Notes under the pieces: model-generated
Told to the model about the DNA's origin: nothing
Seen by the model: only the letters and a program-made list of their open reading frames with translations
Database searches by the model: none
Position numbers and translations under genes: made by a program
Shown: positions 36,817 through 48,269 of the stretch, piece by piece
Position numbering within the stretch: position 1 is the stretch's first letter
Layout: every line of letters starts with the position of its first letter
Assembly (NCBI GenBank): GCA_963708075.1
Contig: OY970194.1
Span: 1,312,001 to 1,376,000, forward strand
Source: Sedimentisphaerales bacterium
Lineage (GTDB): Bacteria; Planctomycetota; Phycisphaerae; Sedimentisphaerales; Anaerobacaceae
DNA length: 64,000 nucleotides
Direction of reading: 5' to 3'

Positions 36817-37785
36817 CTACGGGGTTGTGGTTTGCGTCTGCTGCTGTTGCTTCTTCTGCCATTGCTCTTTCAAAAATGCACCGATGGACTGTGCCGGGGC
36901 CTCAAAGCGCGCCTGAACGATCTTATCGTTACGCACAACGTTCACATTCTTGGCAAGCTCGCTGAGCTTCGGCTGTTCCTGGGCGGCCAACTGGGCCATG
37001 GCCACTACGCCTTGCGCCATCTTCAGGATGTTGTCCGCCACTTCCGGCGACTGGCCTTGCAGCCGCAACCCGATGAAGACCTTCTCCGCAGTCTCGCCGG
37101 CGGCCAGGGAAAGTGACTCCGCCTGCTTGAAGATGGCCGCCTTTGGGTCCTGGCCAACGATGTCGCCAACACCGATGGCGGCAATCTGCAGGAACGTGCC
37201 GCTTTCACCCTGGGGGATCTGATTGAGCAGTTCCGCCGAAGCGCCTGTCCCCGACCCCTTGAGTGTATCCACGGCCCCCTTCAGAGCGTCCAAGCCGATG
37301 CTGATCGCCACCTGCTGTCCCTTGTGGACGTATCCGTACATGAGCTGATCGGCTGACGGGCCCTTCTTCTTGTCTTCATTCAGCCAGCGATAGAGCGTGA
37401 CGTCCTGATAAGAGATCTCCTGGTACTGCGGGTTCCATCGCACAATGCCCAGGAGCTTGTCCACATCGAACTTGCCGTTGAAGATAGCCACGGCGTTATT
37501 GCGATCCTGTCCCTTGCCGTATATTGTCACGCCTCGGATGTCCGTGAGCGGGTTGAAGGAGAATGCGTCTACGAATGGCTGCATCTTCTCCTCGACGCCT
37601 TGGGCTTTCAACTCGGCCAGGAGCAGCTTGCCGATAGCGGAATTGCGGAACGCGTCCAGATCGGCGTGGAGTGTCCAGTTGGCCGTGGGGCCGATCTCGC
37701 TTTTCTGCAATGGAACTGCCATCGCCGGGACGGCCGCCAGACACAGGCCCCCCAGAAGAACGCATGTCAATGCTCTCTTACCCAT
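36817..37785 (-). CDS. Exported hypothetical protein
   Basis: Signal peptide, AGGAG RBS, co-oriented with the ECF sigma. Confidence 0.75.
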   Translation of the reverse strand: MGKRALTCVLLGGLCLAAVPAMAVPLQKSEIGPTANWTLHADLDAFRNSAIGKLLLAELKAQGVEEKMQPFVDAFSFNPLTDIRGVTIYGKGQDRNNAVAIFNGKFDVDKLLGIVRWNPQYQEISYQDVTLYRWLNEDKKKGPSADQLMYGYVHKGQQVAISIGLDALKGAVDTLKGSGTGASAELLNQIPQGESGTFLQIAAIGVGDIVGQDPKAAIFKQAESLSLAAGETAEKVFIGLRLQGQSPEVADNILKMAQGVVAMAQLAAQEQPKLSELAKNVNVVRNDKIVQARFEAPAQSIGAFLKEQWQKKQQQQTQTTTP

Positions 37786-38003
37786 GATTCACTCCTTTTC
37801 ACATTCTACAGGATAGCTGCTGTCCGCACCATAGTCCGGGGCGGACCATGCCGGTCGCCACAAGCGATTTCGCGGCATTTCTACCCCCTTCTACGCGCGA
37901 CCTGCTGGAAAGGTTACAGAGCGGGGGCACGAAGTCTTCTCAAGGCTATACAGACATGATATCATCCAGCCGGCTCTTTCAGCCTGAGAAAAAGGAGACG
38001 ACC

Positions 38004-38969
38004 ATGGCACGTAAATTGGGACGGCGACAGGTGTTAGGAGCGGCGGCTGTCGGCACGCTGCTCAATTCCCATTTGGCGCACAGTCAAGCGCAGGGTGCAG
38101 ATTCTGCGGCGGAGCGAGAGGTGCGGCTGGAGTTTCTCCGGCCGAAGGAGATCGACGAGGCTCGCAAGGCGTGTCCCACGATCTACCAGCCGCTCGGAAC
38201 GATCGAATGGCACGGCGTGCACAACGTTGTCGGTGTCGATGCCGTCAAGGCTCATGCGCTCTGCGTTCAGGCCGCCAGGAAGGGCGGGGGGGTCGTTGTG
38301 CCGCCGCTGTACGGGGGCGTGGGCGGTTTGAGCGAGCCCCATACGTTTATCATGGACCCCGAGGACAACGTCTTCTCCAAGCTCCTCCGGCCGTGGCTGG
38401 AACAACTGTGCCGGGAGATGGCCCGTGACGGGTTCCGTGCGATCATCATCCTCACGGGCCATTACGGGGCCGCCCAGCAGATCGTTGTCCGCGGAACCGC
38501 CGTCCGCATGAGCCGGGCACTGGGCATTCCCGTCCTCGGCACGCCTGAATATATGCTGGCCCTGGACGAGGGTTATACCGGCGACCACGCCGCCTGGGGC
38601 GAAACCTCGCTCATGATGCACCTGTTCCCCGGCACCGTCGATCTCTCGCGACTGGGCGAGCCTCCGTATCAGGGCGTCGGCGGCCGCGACCCTAAGCAGT
38701 CGTCCGCCGAGGATGGACGCAGGATCACCGAGACTATCGTCTCGCGATTGGCGACACTGGCCCAGAAGATGCCGACATGGAACGAAGAGACCCTGGACCG
38801 CTTTGTTGATGCGGAGGCAACCCTAGTCGCGAGGCAGCTTTCCGCACCGCGAGGCAGGAACGCGATCTGGACCGCCTGGCGCAATAACGCCACCGCGATG
38901 CGCGACTATGGCAAGCTGCTTGCCGAGGAGCGTTTCGACGAGATCAAGGCCGCTGTCGGACGGCTGTAG
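38004..38969 (+). CDS. Creatininase-family amidohydrolase with Tat-like leader
   Basis: PLGTIEWHG...GVD, TGHYG, DHAAWGETS. Confidence 0.88.
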   Translation: MARKLGRRQVLGAAAVGTLLNSHLAHSQAQGADSAAEREVRLEFLRPKEIDEARKACPTIYQPLGTIEWHGVHNVVGVDAVKAHALCVQAARKGGGVVVPPLYGGVGGLSEPHTFIMDPEDNVFSKLLRPWLEQLCREMARDGFRAIIILTGHYGAAQQIVVRGTAVRMSRALGIPVLGTPEYMLALDEGYTGDHAAWGETSLMMHLFPGTVDLSRLGEPPYQGVGGRDPKQSSAEDGRRITETIVSRLATLAQKMPTWNEETLDRFVDAEATLVARQLSAPRGRNAIWTAWRNNATAMRDYGKLLAEERFDEIKAAVGRL

Positions 38970-38984
38970 GTAGGCGCGATCTGC

Positions 38985-40483
38985 TCATCGGACGTCGTAC
39001 CGCAGGAATGACACGAAGGACGCGGCGAAGAAAAGGATATTGAACAGGAGCAGAGCCCCGATGTCCCAGGCCGCAAGGCCCAGAGACTGCCAGAATCGGT
39101 AGTCTCGCTCCTCGAACTTGGGCACGCCGGCGAAATCCACGGGCTTGCCGGAGATCGCCGTCCACTTTTCGACGGAGAATTCAGCATCGAAAAGAAAGTG
39201 CACGCTGTTCGGGTCATCCTCATCCTGATCCAGAATATACTGCCTGAGATCGTCCTGATACTGCCTGGCCTGTCGATACAGGCTCGCACATCGTTGGATT
39301 CCCGTGCCCGCGATTGCCTCAGCGGCGCGCTGGTAGAGCACGATGGGCGATAAGCAGACGGCGTTCCTGCCGGCCTGCGCCTGTGCCAGCATCTGGTTGT
39401 ACAATTGATCCCACAGCCTGCTCATGGCGGCCGCCTTCTCATTGCAGTACCGGGCGGCGGCGGGCGGGTTGACCGAGGGATAGGTGCGGTCTTCCTGCCA
39501 GAGTTCGTGGGCGTTCTTGCCGTACTTGCTGGCCTCGGCGTCATGGTCGAACTGGAGCATCGTATTCAAGAGGCTGTCACGAAACTGGCTGCTCGGCGGA
39601 AGGCGGACGGTGGCTTGTGCGATGATGCTCCCGAAGCTTGGATCAGCACGACCAGGCCCGCCCAGAGCAGCAGTAGAACAACAATGCTGCTGACCGAATG
39701 AGCCACCCGGCTGGAAACGACCATGGCCAGGACGATCCAGAGAAACAGTCCCAGCATCAGAGACCTGGCAGGATACCCGGTGGAGCAGGATATGAGCAAG
39801 CCGCCATTGAAGACCGCGGAAATGAAAAGTAGCGACGCCACGTACATGATCCCCATACGGACCCAGTCCGACGCTGCGAGTTCCACGGCCGGGGAGAGGG
39901 ACAGCATCAGGATGGCCACCAGAAACGCCATCGTCAGGGGCACCGCCAGGGTCATCATGCCCGCGAGGGTCTTGCCGAGCAGTATCTGGTGGCGGGCCAC
40001 AGTGCCCGACGCGGTCAGCAGAAGGGTACCCGCCATGCGCTCACCGGATATGGCGTCGTATGCAATCAGCAGGGCCAGCAGGCTCAGCACCGTTCAGTAC
40101 AGGAGTGACAGGTCCAGGCTTTGCAGGATCGCGAGGCACGGATTGGCGGCAACCGCGCCGCCGCCCAACTCCGGTATGGAGTATCTATCGATGCTGGCGG
40201 AGCTGCTCACCTGGCTTTCAATCCCTCTACTGAAGACCGAAAGCACCGCAGGTGGCCGGTAGACGCGATGATTGCTCATGACGTGATCGTAGACCTTGGA
40301 CGCCATGAGCTCCGCCTCGTCAGCGGCCACGCTGTCGTGGTATTCCTTCCATTGCCGCTCGTAATCGCTCAGTAGAACGGGCATGAGCACCGCCGTCAGC
40401 GCCACAGTGACAATCGTGCCGACGAGGAACCTGAACATCATGAGGTTGAGCAGCAGATCCTTTCTCCCGATCTTCCAGATCAT
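38985..40483 (-). pseudogene. ABC-2 type permease pseudogene (in-frame TGA, apparent fusion, frameshift)
   Basis: LDLSLLY*TVLSLLALLIAYDAISGER in one frame; duplicated TM motif; -1 shift at 39640 restores IPSFGSIIAQ...FLRYDVR. Confidence 0.75.
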
Positions 40484-40506
40484 GGGCGGCGCCCCCTTGC
40501 TCTTCG

Positions 40507-41781
40507 TCAGTTGAGTTGTAGACCCGCTTCTCTCAGGGCGGCCAGTGCCCGCTTGTGATTCCCGTTATACCCGAGCCACGCATCCACGATCCGGCCTTGC
40601 CGGTCGATGATGCAACTCATCGGCGCAGCCGCTGTCTTATCTCCGTAGCCGTCGAGTACCACCCTTCTGGCGGTTGCGGAACAATCGTGGATCATCGGGA
40701 ATGTCACCGGGTTCTCGCGCAGGAAGGCGCGTAAGATGCGTTCATCATCCGTATAGTTGAGACCGAGGACTGCCAGCCCGCTATCCTTATGCTTTTCGTA
40801 CAATCCCTGGAGACGCCGCATCTCCTCGCGGCACTGGGGCGAGCCACACTGCCACAGATAGAGCCAGATGACCTTGCCGCGATAGTTCGACAGCTTGATC
40901 TTACCTCCGTCGGACGCACACAATTCGAAATCCGGCGCCTCTTGCCCGCTCTTGACAAGCATGTCCTCCGGCTTGGGCATACTCCAGGCGCGGTAATCCG
41001 CCGGCGGCGACCAGGCAAACGTGTCCGGCGGCAGGTCGCCGTTGACGTGGATGTCGGACCATTCTTCCACGGAGATTTTGTTGTCCGCGACTCGCACGAT
41101 CTCCTTGATCCTCCGCGGCAGGTGATCGCGCCTGGAGATCCACAGGTGCCGAGTCCGCTGGGCACCCATGTAGCTGATCTCGATCACATCGCACTTCTCG
41201 CCCCCGACCCTGTTGGTGCCTCGACTGCAAATCCCGTCCATATACGGATCGAACGTGTCCGCGTGGCGGTGGAAAGTGCTTGGATCGAGCACGCATCCGA
41301 ACCAGGCGATCCCGAGCCGGGCGACCTCGCCGGCAACGGAGTCGCTGCCTGACGAAGCTGCTTTTCGGATGTAGACGTTCGAGCTGGTCTTGTCAAAGCT
41401 TTCCTGATCGTCGCACCACAGGTATGGCCGGTCCCCCGACCAGAAGACCCAGAGGTCGTTGCCGTCGCCGATCAGGGTGCTGCGCTTGGAGCTGGGACCG
41501 TTCGTCAACTCGATGTGGAAGAAGCCGGGTTTCGCCAGCCAGACTGTATAGCTTGACTCACGGCTGTCCGAGCCGCTGCAGACACTTACATAGGAGAGAT
41601 TGTCGGCGCCGTGTATCGCCTGGATCATCGCATCGTACACGCCGTGTGCGGCGGGCTCATCCTTCACGATCATCGCGGGCCGCCATCGCTCCGGCGAAGC
41701 GCCGACGACGTAGAGGGCCCAGGCCTCCAGCACAAGTGCCGCAGCGACGATGATCATCCATGTCCGGGTTCTCTTTGCCAT
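40507..41781 (-). CDS. LolA-like plus redoxin (TlpA/AhpC-TSA) domain protein
   Basis: APDFEL...LSNYRGKV...WQCGSPQCREEM; N-terminal LolA-like region. Confidence 0.75.
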   Translation of the reverse strand: MAKRTRTWMIIVAAALVLEAWALYVVGASPERWRPAMIVKDEPAAHGVYDAMIQAIHGADNLSYVSVCSGSDSRESSYTVWLAKPGFFHIELTNGPSSKRSTLIGDGNDLWVFWSGDRPYLWCDDQESFDKTSSNVYIRKAASSGSDSVAGEVARLGIAWFGCVLDPSTFHRHADTFDPYMDGICSRGTNRVGGEKCDVIEISYMGAQRTRHLWISRRDHLPRRIKEIVRVADNKISVEEWSDIHVNGDLPPDTFAWSPPADYRAWSMPKPEDMLVKSGQEAPDFELCASDGGKIKLSNYRGKVIWLYLWQCGSPQCREEMRRLQGLYEKHKDSGLAVLGLNYTDDERILRAFLRENPVTFPMIHDCSATARRVVLDGYGDKTAAAPMSCIIDRQGRIVDAWLGYNGNHKRALAALREAGLQLN

Positions 41782-41814
41782 GTGTTCAGTGACGACCTCT
41801 CAAGATTGTGGCTC

Positions 41815-42576
41815 TCAGTCACGCTCGCGCGAGAATTGCCGCCGGCTGAGCAGGGCGATTCCGACGGCGCTGTAGGCCAGCGTCAACATCAGGCTGTGCA
41901 CCACGCAGGCGACACTCTTCGGGACGCTGTACTTCCCGACCGCAAGACTGTATTTCCCGTATTCTCCGTGCGCGAATGTGAACAGCAGATCGAAAGGCGG
42001 CCAGAAATACCTGACGAAGCCCATGAACACACCCTTGTTGGCTTGGGGACCCATGAAGCCCATCAGCATGGTCACGACGAAGTAGCCGGTGACGATAACG
42101 ACCAGCAAGAGCAGGCAGTTGTACATCCGCCCGACCACGACCGATACGGATGTCGATAGCGCCGCACAGGTGTTGAACAGGAGCCAGGAGGCGACCAGCC
42201 ACAGACCAAGACCGTCCACGGTCCCTCTTCTCATGATCGCGTGGAGAACAATTGCGATGCCGCCGGCCAGGGCCAGATGTGTGGCGCCCTGCAGCGACAA
42301 TCCGAGCAGGCGGTAAATGTAGAGCTCGCCGCGCCAGAACGGCCGGGTAACCACGACGCAGATCCGGCCGGAGGCGATGTCGTCGCCGAAGATGCCGGCG
42401 CTCAGGGCCAGAGGCAACAGAAAGCCGCCCCAGATGAACACGAACTTGCCGTACTCCGGCGACTCCGGAAGGAACAGCCACCAGAAGACACCATAGATCG
42501 CCAGCCATGCGATGTGCACGATCCAGATATAGCCTCTTCGGTAGAATGTCTCCTTAATCAGCTCGTAGGCTCTCAT
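41815..42576 (-). CDS. ABC transporter permease
   Basis: Six TM helices; follows an ABC ATPase. Confidence 0.75.
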   Translation of the reverse strand: MRAYELIKETFYRRGYIWIVHIAWLAIYGVFWWLFLPESPEYGKFVFIWGGFLLPLALSAGIFGDDIASGRICVVVTRPFWRGELYIYRLLGLSLQGATHLALAGGIAIVLHAIMRRGTVDGLGLWLVASWLLFNTCAALSTSVSVVVGRMYNCLLLLVVIVTGYFVVTMLMGFMGPQANKGVFMGFVRYFWPPFDLLFTFAHGEYGKYSLAVGKYSVPKSVACVVHSLMLTLAYSAVGIALLSRRQFSRERD

Positions 42577-42579
42577 CGG

Positions 42580-43554
42580 CTACGTCCTCTCATTGCACAG
42601 TCGCAGGAATACTTCCTCGATGTCTTCGCTTTGCAGCAGCACGCCGGTGATCCGTGCCCCGCCCCTGGCCAGATCGCAGACGATATCGGGGACCTCCTGG
42701 GGATCACTGAGGCCGATGACCAGTTCCGTGTCGGACGTGCTGAGCACCTTGGAGGCCGGCAGCAATCTCTCCGCGACCTGAGTACCACCGGAGACGAGCT
42801 CCACGCGCAACCTTCCGGCCTGGCTTGAGGCGATCTTGTCTGCGAAACTGATCACCTGTCCGCGGTGCATGAAAAGGTAGTCGCCGGTTAGTTTCTCCAA
42901 CTCGCCCAGACGATGTGAACTGATAATGACAGTGGTGCCGGAATCGCGCAATTGCTTGAGCAGATCGCGCAAGTGGATGATGCCAATCGGGTCAAGGCCG
43001 TTGCTCGGCTCATCCAGAAGGAGCACCTGCGGGTGATTCATGACCGCGACGGCCAGGGCGAGGCGTTGCTTCATACCCTGGGAGAAGTCCGAGCAGGGCC
43101 GGTGGGCGAACTCCTGCATCTGCAGTTGCTCGACGGACTTATCCACCTGTGCGGAGATGTCGCCGCGAGACAATCCCAGCAGCGCCGCGTGGTAGCGAAG
43201 GGTGGCCTTGGCCGAATAGCCTCCGATGAATACGGAGTGTTCCGGCATGTACCCCAGGCCGCGATGTGCCTGTACTGAGCGGGCCGGATGCCCACAGACG
43301 GCGACATCACCCTCAGTAGGCAGGATGAGCCCCGCGATCAGGTTCAGCAGGGTGGATTTGCCCGCCCCATTTGGGCCGATCAGGCCGACAATCTGGCCTC
43401 TGTGCACCGACAGCGAGACATCTTTCAAAGCACAAACCTTCTTGGTGCTGTGAGGCAACAGCTTCTCATAGACCTTGGTTAAGCGTCGGCACTCGACGAC
43501 CGCTGAGGACTTGTCCCCGCGGCGGTCGGTCTCCCTGTCTGTTTGTGCGAGCAA
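42580..43554 (-). CDS. ABC transporter ATP-binding protein
   Basis: GPNGAGKST, FSQGMKQR, LLDEPSNGLDP; AAGGAG 7 nt before TTG. Confidence 0.92.
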   Translation of the reverse strand: MLAQTDRETDRRGDKSSAVVECRRLTKVYEKLLPHSTKKVCALKDVSLSVHRGQIVGLIGPNGAGKSTLLNLIAGLILPTEGDVAVCGHPARSVQAHRGLGYMPEHSVFIGGYSAKATLRYHAALLGLSRGDISAQVDKSVEQLQMQEFAHRPCSDFSQGMKQRLALAVAVMNHPQVLLLDEPSNGLDPIGIIHLRDLLKQLRDSGTTVIISSHRLGELEKLTGDYLFMHRGQVISFADKIASSQAGRLRVELVSGGTQVAERLLPASKVLSTSDTELVIGLSDPQEVPDIVCDLARGGARITGVLLQSEDIEEVFLRLCNERT

Positions 43555-43582
43555 TGTCCATCTCCTTCAACGATCCCTGCGA

Positions 43583-44960
43583 TCATTGGCCGTTGGGCTC
43601 CGGGAATTGCCAAACGATGTCACGGTCTCCCCCCCGTTTGAGCGGTTCGGCAATACCGCCGTTGTCATTCCGGTCGTCGCCGACGCTATACACGAGGAAG
43701 CCCTCGCCCTGGGGGCGGTAGTGCAACGGTTGCCGTATGAACGGATCCGTCAGATCATTCAGACCAAGGGCATCGAGCGACGGGGGCCATGCGCCGTGCG
43801 TCTGCTTGTACTGCATCAGGGCCAGCCCGGCCCGCGTCAGGCGCACGGACGCCGTCATTCTGTAGTAGGCCCACTGTATGCCCCAGATGAATGGGACCAT
43901 CCGGTCGGTCACGAAATTATGCCCCGTGAGGGTTCTCAATCTCCCTGTATTCCTGTGACTCTCTGGGAACATAGGCGCTTTGAAGAAGCTGCGTGGACTT
44001 ACTCATGATCTGCAGGTACGCTGCATGATCGGCGTTGAACCTCGGCTTGAAGGTCAGGAATCGGAAGGTCAAGCGGTAGCCAAGTCCCGGGTTGACGTCT
44101 TCGCCGGTCCACGGATTCTTCCGCAGCGCCTCGAACAGCTCATCATCCGGCAGGCAAAATAGCCATTCGCCGAGCAGCAGCCGTTCTCTGTCCATGGCGC
44201 GGACAACGGGCTCGACATCGTCCAGACCCGCCAGAAGACCTTCGATTTCCCTGTAGTTCTCGCTACTGGGCGGCGCGGTGTTGCACAGTGTCTGAATGGT
44301 CCCGCATGAGTAGTTGATCATGCCGGTCCGGGAAAACTGGCTGCCGACGCTCGGCTCGTTGCGCGGCCCGTTTGCAAATCGCAGCAGGGTCGGGATCATA
44401 CCCCAGGCCTTCTCGGATCGACCGGCTTCAGCCTCCAGATGCACCCTCGTGCCCACGACCCGGATGAGGTCTCGCAGGTCCTCCATGGCGGGCGATTCCA
44501 GGGACAGGCCGCGCGGGGCGTCGCGATCGAAAAACTGACATGCGGGCCGGCGCGTTCCCTCCTCGACGACCGAAATTGCCTGAGTCACCACCTCCCGCCC
44601 CATCAGCTGCTTCAACTCCTCGACTTCCTGCTTCTTCCTTGCGAGCTTATCCGGGTCGTCGGTCTTCCTGAAGGGTGCGCCGGCGAGTGTCCCAAGGTGC
44701 TTGAGCAGGTTCTTGTCCTGATCGGGTTGTGCCTTCAGCATCGCCGCGGCTTTCCTGTAAAGCACCGCAGCGTTCTGGTCGTCAGGAACCTTCTCTGGAG
44801 TCACATCGGCCACACGCATGGGCCGGCCGTCCTTCTCCAGGGCGGCGTACGCCTCGCGGAGCCTGGCCGTGGAGCGTGTCAGCGATACGGCGTACATCGT
44901 GCCCAGCGCGGCAACGATGATGCCGATGCCCACCAGAATCCGTCTTGACCTCTTGCGCAT
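43583..44960 (-). CDS. Membrane-anchored hypothetical protein with GspG-like C-terminal motif; +1 frameshift at 43930-43932
   Basis: REIEN joins LTGHNFVTD...GLALMQYKQTHGAWPPSL...DPF...VYSVGDDRNDNGG. Confidence 0.75.
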
Positions 44961-45123
44961 CCGTCTCTCCCCTTGCAGTCCGTGTCTTTCTCAGACGCCT
45001 GTCCCGACCGCCATTCTCGGGTGCAAGACTGTCCGTATCTTAGAGACGGTCCAGAGGCAGAAGCGTTAAACGCAGATCATGGATTTTGCTGCAAATTGTT
45101 GGGCCAAAGGCGTCGAGAGGGGC

Positions 45124-47814
45124 CTATTGCCAGGACCGGAGGCGTTCGGCTTGTCTCTGGAAGCTTTTCGCCATGGAGTGGGCGCGGGCCTCCAGCAGGA
45201 AGCTGCGGCCCTCAGGCGTTCGCGTGTAGACCAGTTGCGTCGGTCCGACGTACCTGGCCCACATCCTCCTGAAATGCTCGGCAAGCTCCTTGTTCCTGGC
45301 GAGAGGGGCAGGGACTGCGTGATAGTCTTTCCTCATGAGCCATCCGAGCGGCGACTTTCGGACGAGGACGTACCTGGGATTCTCGATGGGGCCGAGGACC
45401 TCCTGGAGGGCTTCGAGGAAGATGGACCGCTCCCGCGTCGTTGCACCCTTGAGCGAGCAGCTCACCAGGCCATATTCCTGCTGCCGGGCGACCACCTTCA
45501 ACTGCCAGGAATTGGTCTCGATGACTTCCGCCTGGGCCAGCGATTTTACCAAGGCTTTGCCAATCTGTTTCATGCTCGACGCGACAGAGCCATGCCAGAG
45601 GAAGAGCCAGAGGGCTTTGAGGCACTTGGGCACCGCGGCCAGTGCAGCAACCGCGGAGATGATGGCCAGCATCAGCAGCGAGCCTTTCAGGGTCATGCTC
45701 TGTGAATTACGCCCGGCAGATTGCATCAGGAGAGCGAACACGGACACGCCCCAGAACCACGCCTGCCAGAGGACCGCCAAAATCGTGTTGCGGAAGACAA
45801 AATCGCGAGGCAACGCCAGTTGCGAAGCGGCGACCTGCTCGACCATGCCGCGAGTTTCGTCGGACCCGAGGGCCTGCTCCCAGTCGGTGATGAGTCTCGC
45901 CCGATCACGGGCTCTTTGCATCATCACGCCGTTGATGTGGTCCATTCGCGTCTTGCCGTAGGGCGGCCGGCCCAGGCCGAGGCGTTCCAGCCCGCTCTCG
46001 ATCCGGCTGCCCGTGAAGGACACGCCGGCAAACGATTTGAACCGCCTCGCCAGCGTCTCCATATCCTCGTTGAATTCCTTGGCGTCTTCCTCCTGGCATA
46101 CGAGGTGCCAGATATTCGCCGTCTTCGTCGGATTGCCCTCCTGCGTGCGGATGGCCCGGCCGCGCATCTGGTTGGACAGCATGTATGAGCCGACGAAGCT
46201 GGCCAGGATCAGCGAGTTCACCGAAGGCGCGTCCCAGCCCTCGCCCAGCAGGGACGTGGTACCGACGAGCACGGTGATGCCGCCCCGATTGAACAGACTG
46301 GTAATCAGGCTGACCATCCTGTGCTTGTCCGCTCCGGGGATCGTCACCTCACAGAACTGCGGATCGTGGGGCAGAGGCTTGAATCGGATATCGGCAGGGT
46401 TCAGTCCAAACTCCGGGGCACAGGCATGCAGGGCCTCGCAGGACCGGCTGGGGATGACCGTCAGTGTCCCGCTGAGGATGCCGAGGCGCACATTGGTCTG
46501 GCTGCGGCGAATCTGCTCGAAGATGGGCACGACGCCGAGATGCTTGACCGGCTTGAGATCCGCCTCGTCCGCCGGAAAGTCCGCCCGCCGGATGAAATCC
46601 GTGAGGACCACCATTCGCAGGTCTTGCCCCAGGCTTTCACTTTCCAACGCCACAATATCTTCGACGCTCTTGAGCTTGGAGGCGCTTCGGATCAGGAGTC
46701 TGGCGATTCTCGTGGTGCTGCGCAGGCTGATGTCACGCCGTTCCACCGCCCCAATGCGCTTGGCGTCGCGAAGGATGCGATGGAGCATGTCCTTGTGACC
46801 CTCGAACAACTTGGCATGTGTGTAGAGGCAACCCGCCAGCAGGATTTCCAGTTGCTCCCAATCCAGCCCGGGGCATTTCCTTGGCGAAAGGCCAATGACC
46901 CGCAGCAGCTTTCGCGGGGGATGGCCCCGGACATGGCCGAGGAATGAGGCGATGCTCGAAAAGAAAGGCGGGTCATCGAGGATCTGCTCGGCACAGGACC
47001 ATGAGTCGCTCGCGCACGGGTGGCTCTCCAGAACATTGAGGAACTCCTGATCCGCGTACAGCCGTTGCACGAAGTCGTTCACGTCATTGCGAAACTCGCG
47101 AATCTCCTGCTGCTCGGCCCGCAGAGGGGCGGACATGTAGACGTAATCCTGGTGTGGGCAGAGGTTCTTCTGCTGGACCAGCTCAGGTACAGAGATTTCC
47201 GCATCGATCGTTCCGCACAGTCCGATGTATCGCTCCCACTCAAACGGCGAGACGTCGAAGGGGGCGGTGGCCGTCAGCGCAACGACTGCGGGTTTATCGA
47301 GATGCTCCTTGAGATCGGCGAGGCACTTCCACCACTCATTTCGCAGATGATGGGCCTCATCAAGCACAAGCGTGTGCACTCCCAGTTGCTTGAGCCGTTC
47401 CAGCAGTGCATCTTTCCCAACGACCCGCGAGCCGGTCTGCGCATTTTTCGCATCGTCAGTGTAGACGCTATGAAGTCCCTGGTAGGTCGAAGCAGTAATG
47501 AAGCGGGGATTCCGGATGTCTTTGGAGATCCAGTTCGGCGTGCGGTGCTCGTGGTTCATGAACAGATGGACGAAGCGATCCACCCATTGATCCTGAATGG
47601 CCACGGTAGGGGAGAGGATCAGTGCCGGGCGATTCAGTCGCCGCATCACCTCCAGGCCCAGGACAGTCTTGCCCGAGCCCGGAGCGGCGACGATGTGCAG
47701 GTGGCGGTCGTCCAGGTGCTGCTTGAGTTCATCGAGTACCCGCTGCTGGTAGCTGCGCCAGGGCTTTCGAAATTCCACGCCCGCGGGAAATGCGTTTATC
47801 TTCTGCTCAACCAT
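45124..47814 (-). CDS. SF2 DEAD/DEAH-box helicase (ResIII-like) with C-terminal TM region
   Basis: WRSYQ, APGSGKT, LDEAHH, LTAT, LGEGWDAP, QMRGRAIR. Confidence 0.9.
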   Translation of the reverse strand: MVEQKINAFPAGVEFRKPWRSYQQRVLDELKQHLDDRHLHIVAAPGSGKTVLGLEVMRRLNRPALILSPTVAIQDQWVDRFVHLFMNHEHRTPNWISKDIRNPRFITASTYQGLHSVYTDDAKNAQTGSRVVGKDALLERLKQLGVHTLVLDEAHHLRNEWWKCLADLKEHLDKPAVVALTATAPFDVSPFEWERYIGLCGTIDAEISVPELVQQKNLCPHQDYVYMSAPLRAEQQEIREFRNDVNDFVQRLYADQEFLNVLESHPCASDSWSCAEQILDDPPFFSSIASFLGHVRGHPPRKLLRVIGLSPRKCPGLDWEQLEILLAGCLYTHAKLFEGHKDMLHRILRDAKRIGAVERRDISLRSTTRIARLLIRSASKLKSVEDIVALESESLGQDLRMVVLTDFIRRADFPADEADLKPVKHLGVVPIFEQIRRSQTNVRLGILSGTLTVIPSRSCEALHACAPEFGLNPADIRFKPLPHDPQFCEVTIPGADKHRMVSLITSLFNRGGITVLVGTTSLLGEGWDAPSVNSLILASFVGSYMLSNQMRGRAIRTQEGNPTKTANIWHLVCQEEDAKEFNEDMETLARRFKSFAGVSFTGSRIESGLERLGLGRPPYGKTRMDHINGVMMQRARDRARLITDWEQALGSDETRGMVEQVAASQLALPRDFVFRNTILAVLWQAWFWGVSVFALLMQSAGRNSQSMTLKGSLLMLAIISAVAALAAVPKCLKALWLFLWHGSVASSMKQIGKALVKSLAQAEVIETNSWQLKVVARQQEYGLVSCSLKGATTRERSIFLEALQEVLGPIENPRYVLVRKSPLGWLMRKDYHAVPAPLARNKELAEHFRRMWARYVGPTQLVYTRTPEGRSFLLEARAHSMAKSFQRQAERLRSWQ

Positions 47815-48169
47815 GGGTGAACCGCCAGTAGCCATAGATCACCGCGGCCTGCAGCAGGACGATGACCATGAAGACAATCCTGAAGCCGCGCTTTCGAGTC
47901 TTGTGTCGAAACAGCCCCTGGGCGATTGCCGCTCCGGGGCTGCCCCCAAGCAAGGCCGCCACGTGCAGCGCCGCCTCCGGGATGCGAGTCCCGCCGGCGA
48001 CCGCCTGACGCTTATCGTACCCATAGAGGGCCAGCGTGACCACGTTCATGCTGATCAGGCCCGCATACACCGGCGCCACGCCCAGCCGCCACAAGAGTAG
48101 CGCCAGGCCAACCGCCATACACAACACGAAACCGAGAGTATATTGTATGAGTCTACGCCTTTGCATCAC
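47807..48169 (-). CDS. DUF1294 membrane protein
   Basis: YGYDKRQA...RIPEAALH...LGGSPGA...FRHKTRK. Confidence 0.88.
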   Translation of the reverse strand: MMQRRRLIQYTLGFVLCMAVGLALLLWRLGVAPVYAGLISMNVVTLALYGYDKRQAVAGGTRIPEAALHVAALLGGSPGAAIAQGLFRHKTRKRGFRIVFMVIVLLQAAVIYGYWRFTHG

Positions 48170-48269
48170 AATCTGCTCGGGAACAATTCATATCCATGCG
48201 AACCTCCATCTATATCGGCTCCTTGCACGGTGTTCTTCGCTGATTACAGAGAGTGTACAGCTCGGCGCC

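Noticed and set aside
40094..40096. In-frame TGA as selenocysteine or recoding
   Set aside because: It lies in a TM-proximal, non-catalytic position of a permease that has other lesions; a nonsense change is simpler.
45124..47814. Helicase as part of a restriction or defence system
   Set aside because: No methylase, nuclease or other defence gene is adjacent; neighbours are DUF1294 and membrane proteins.
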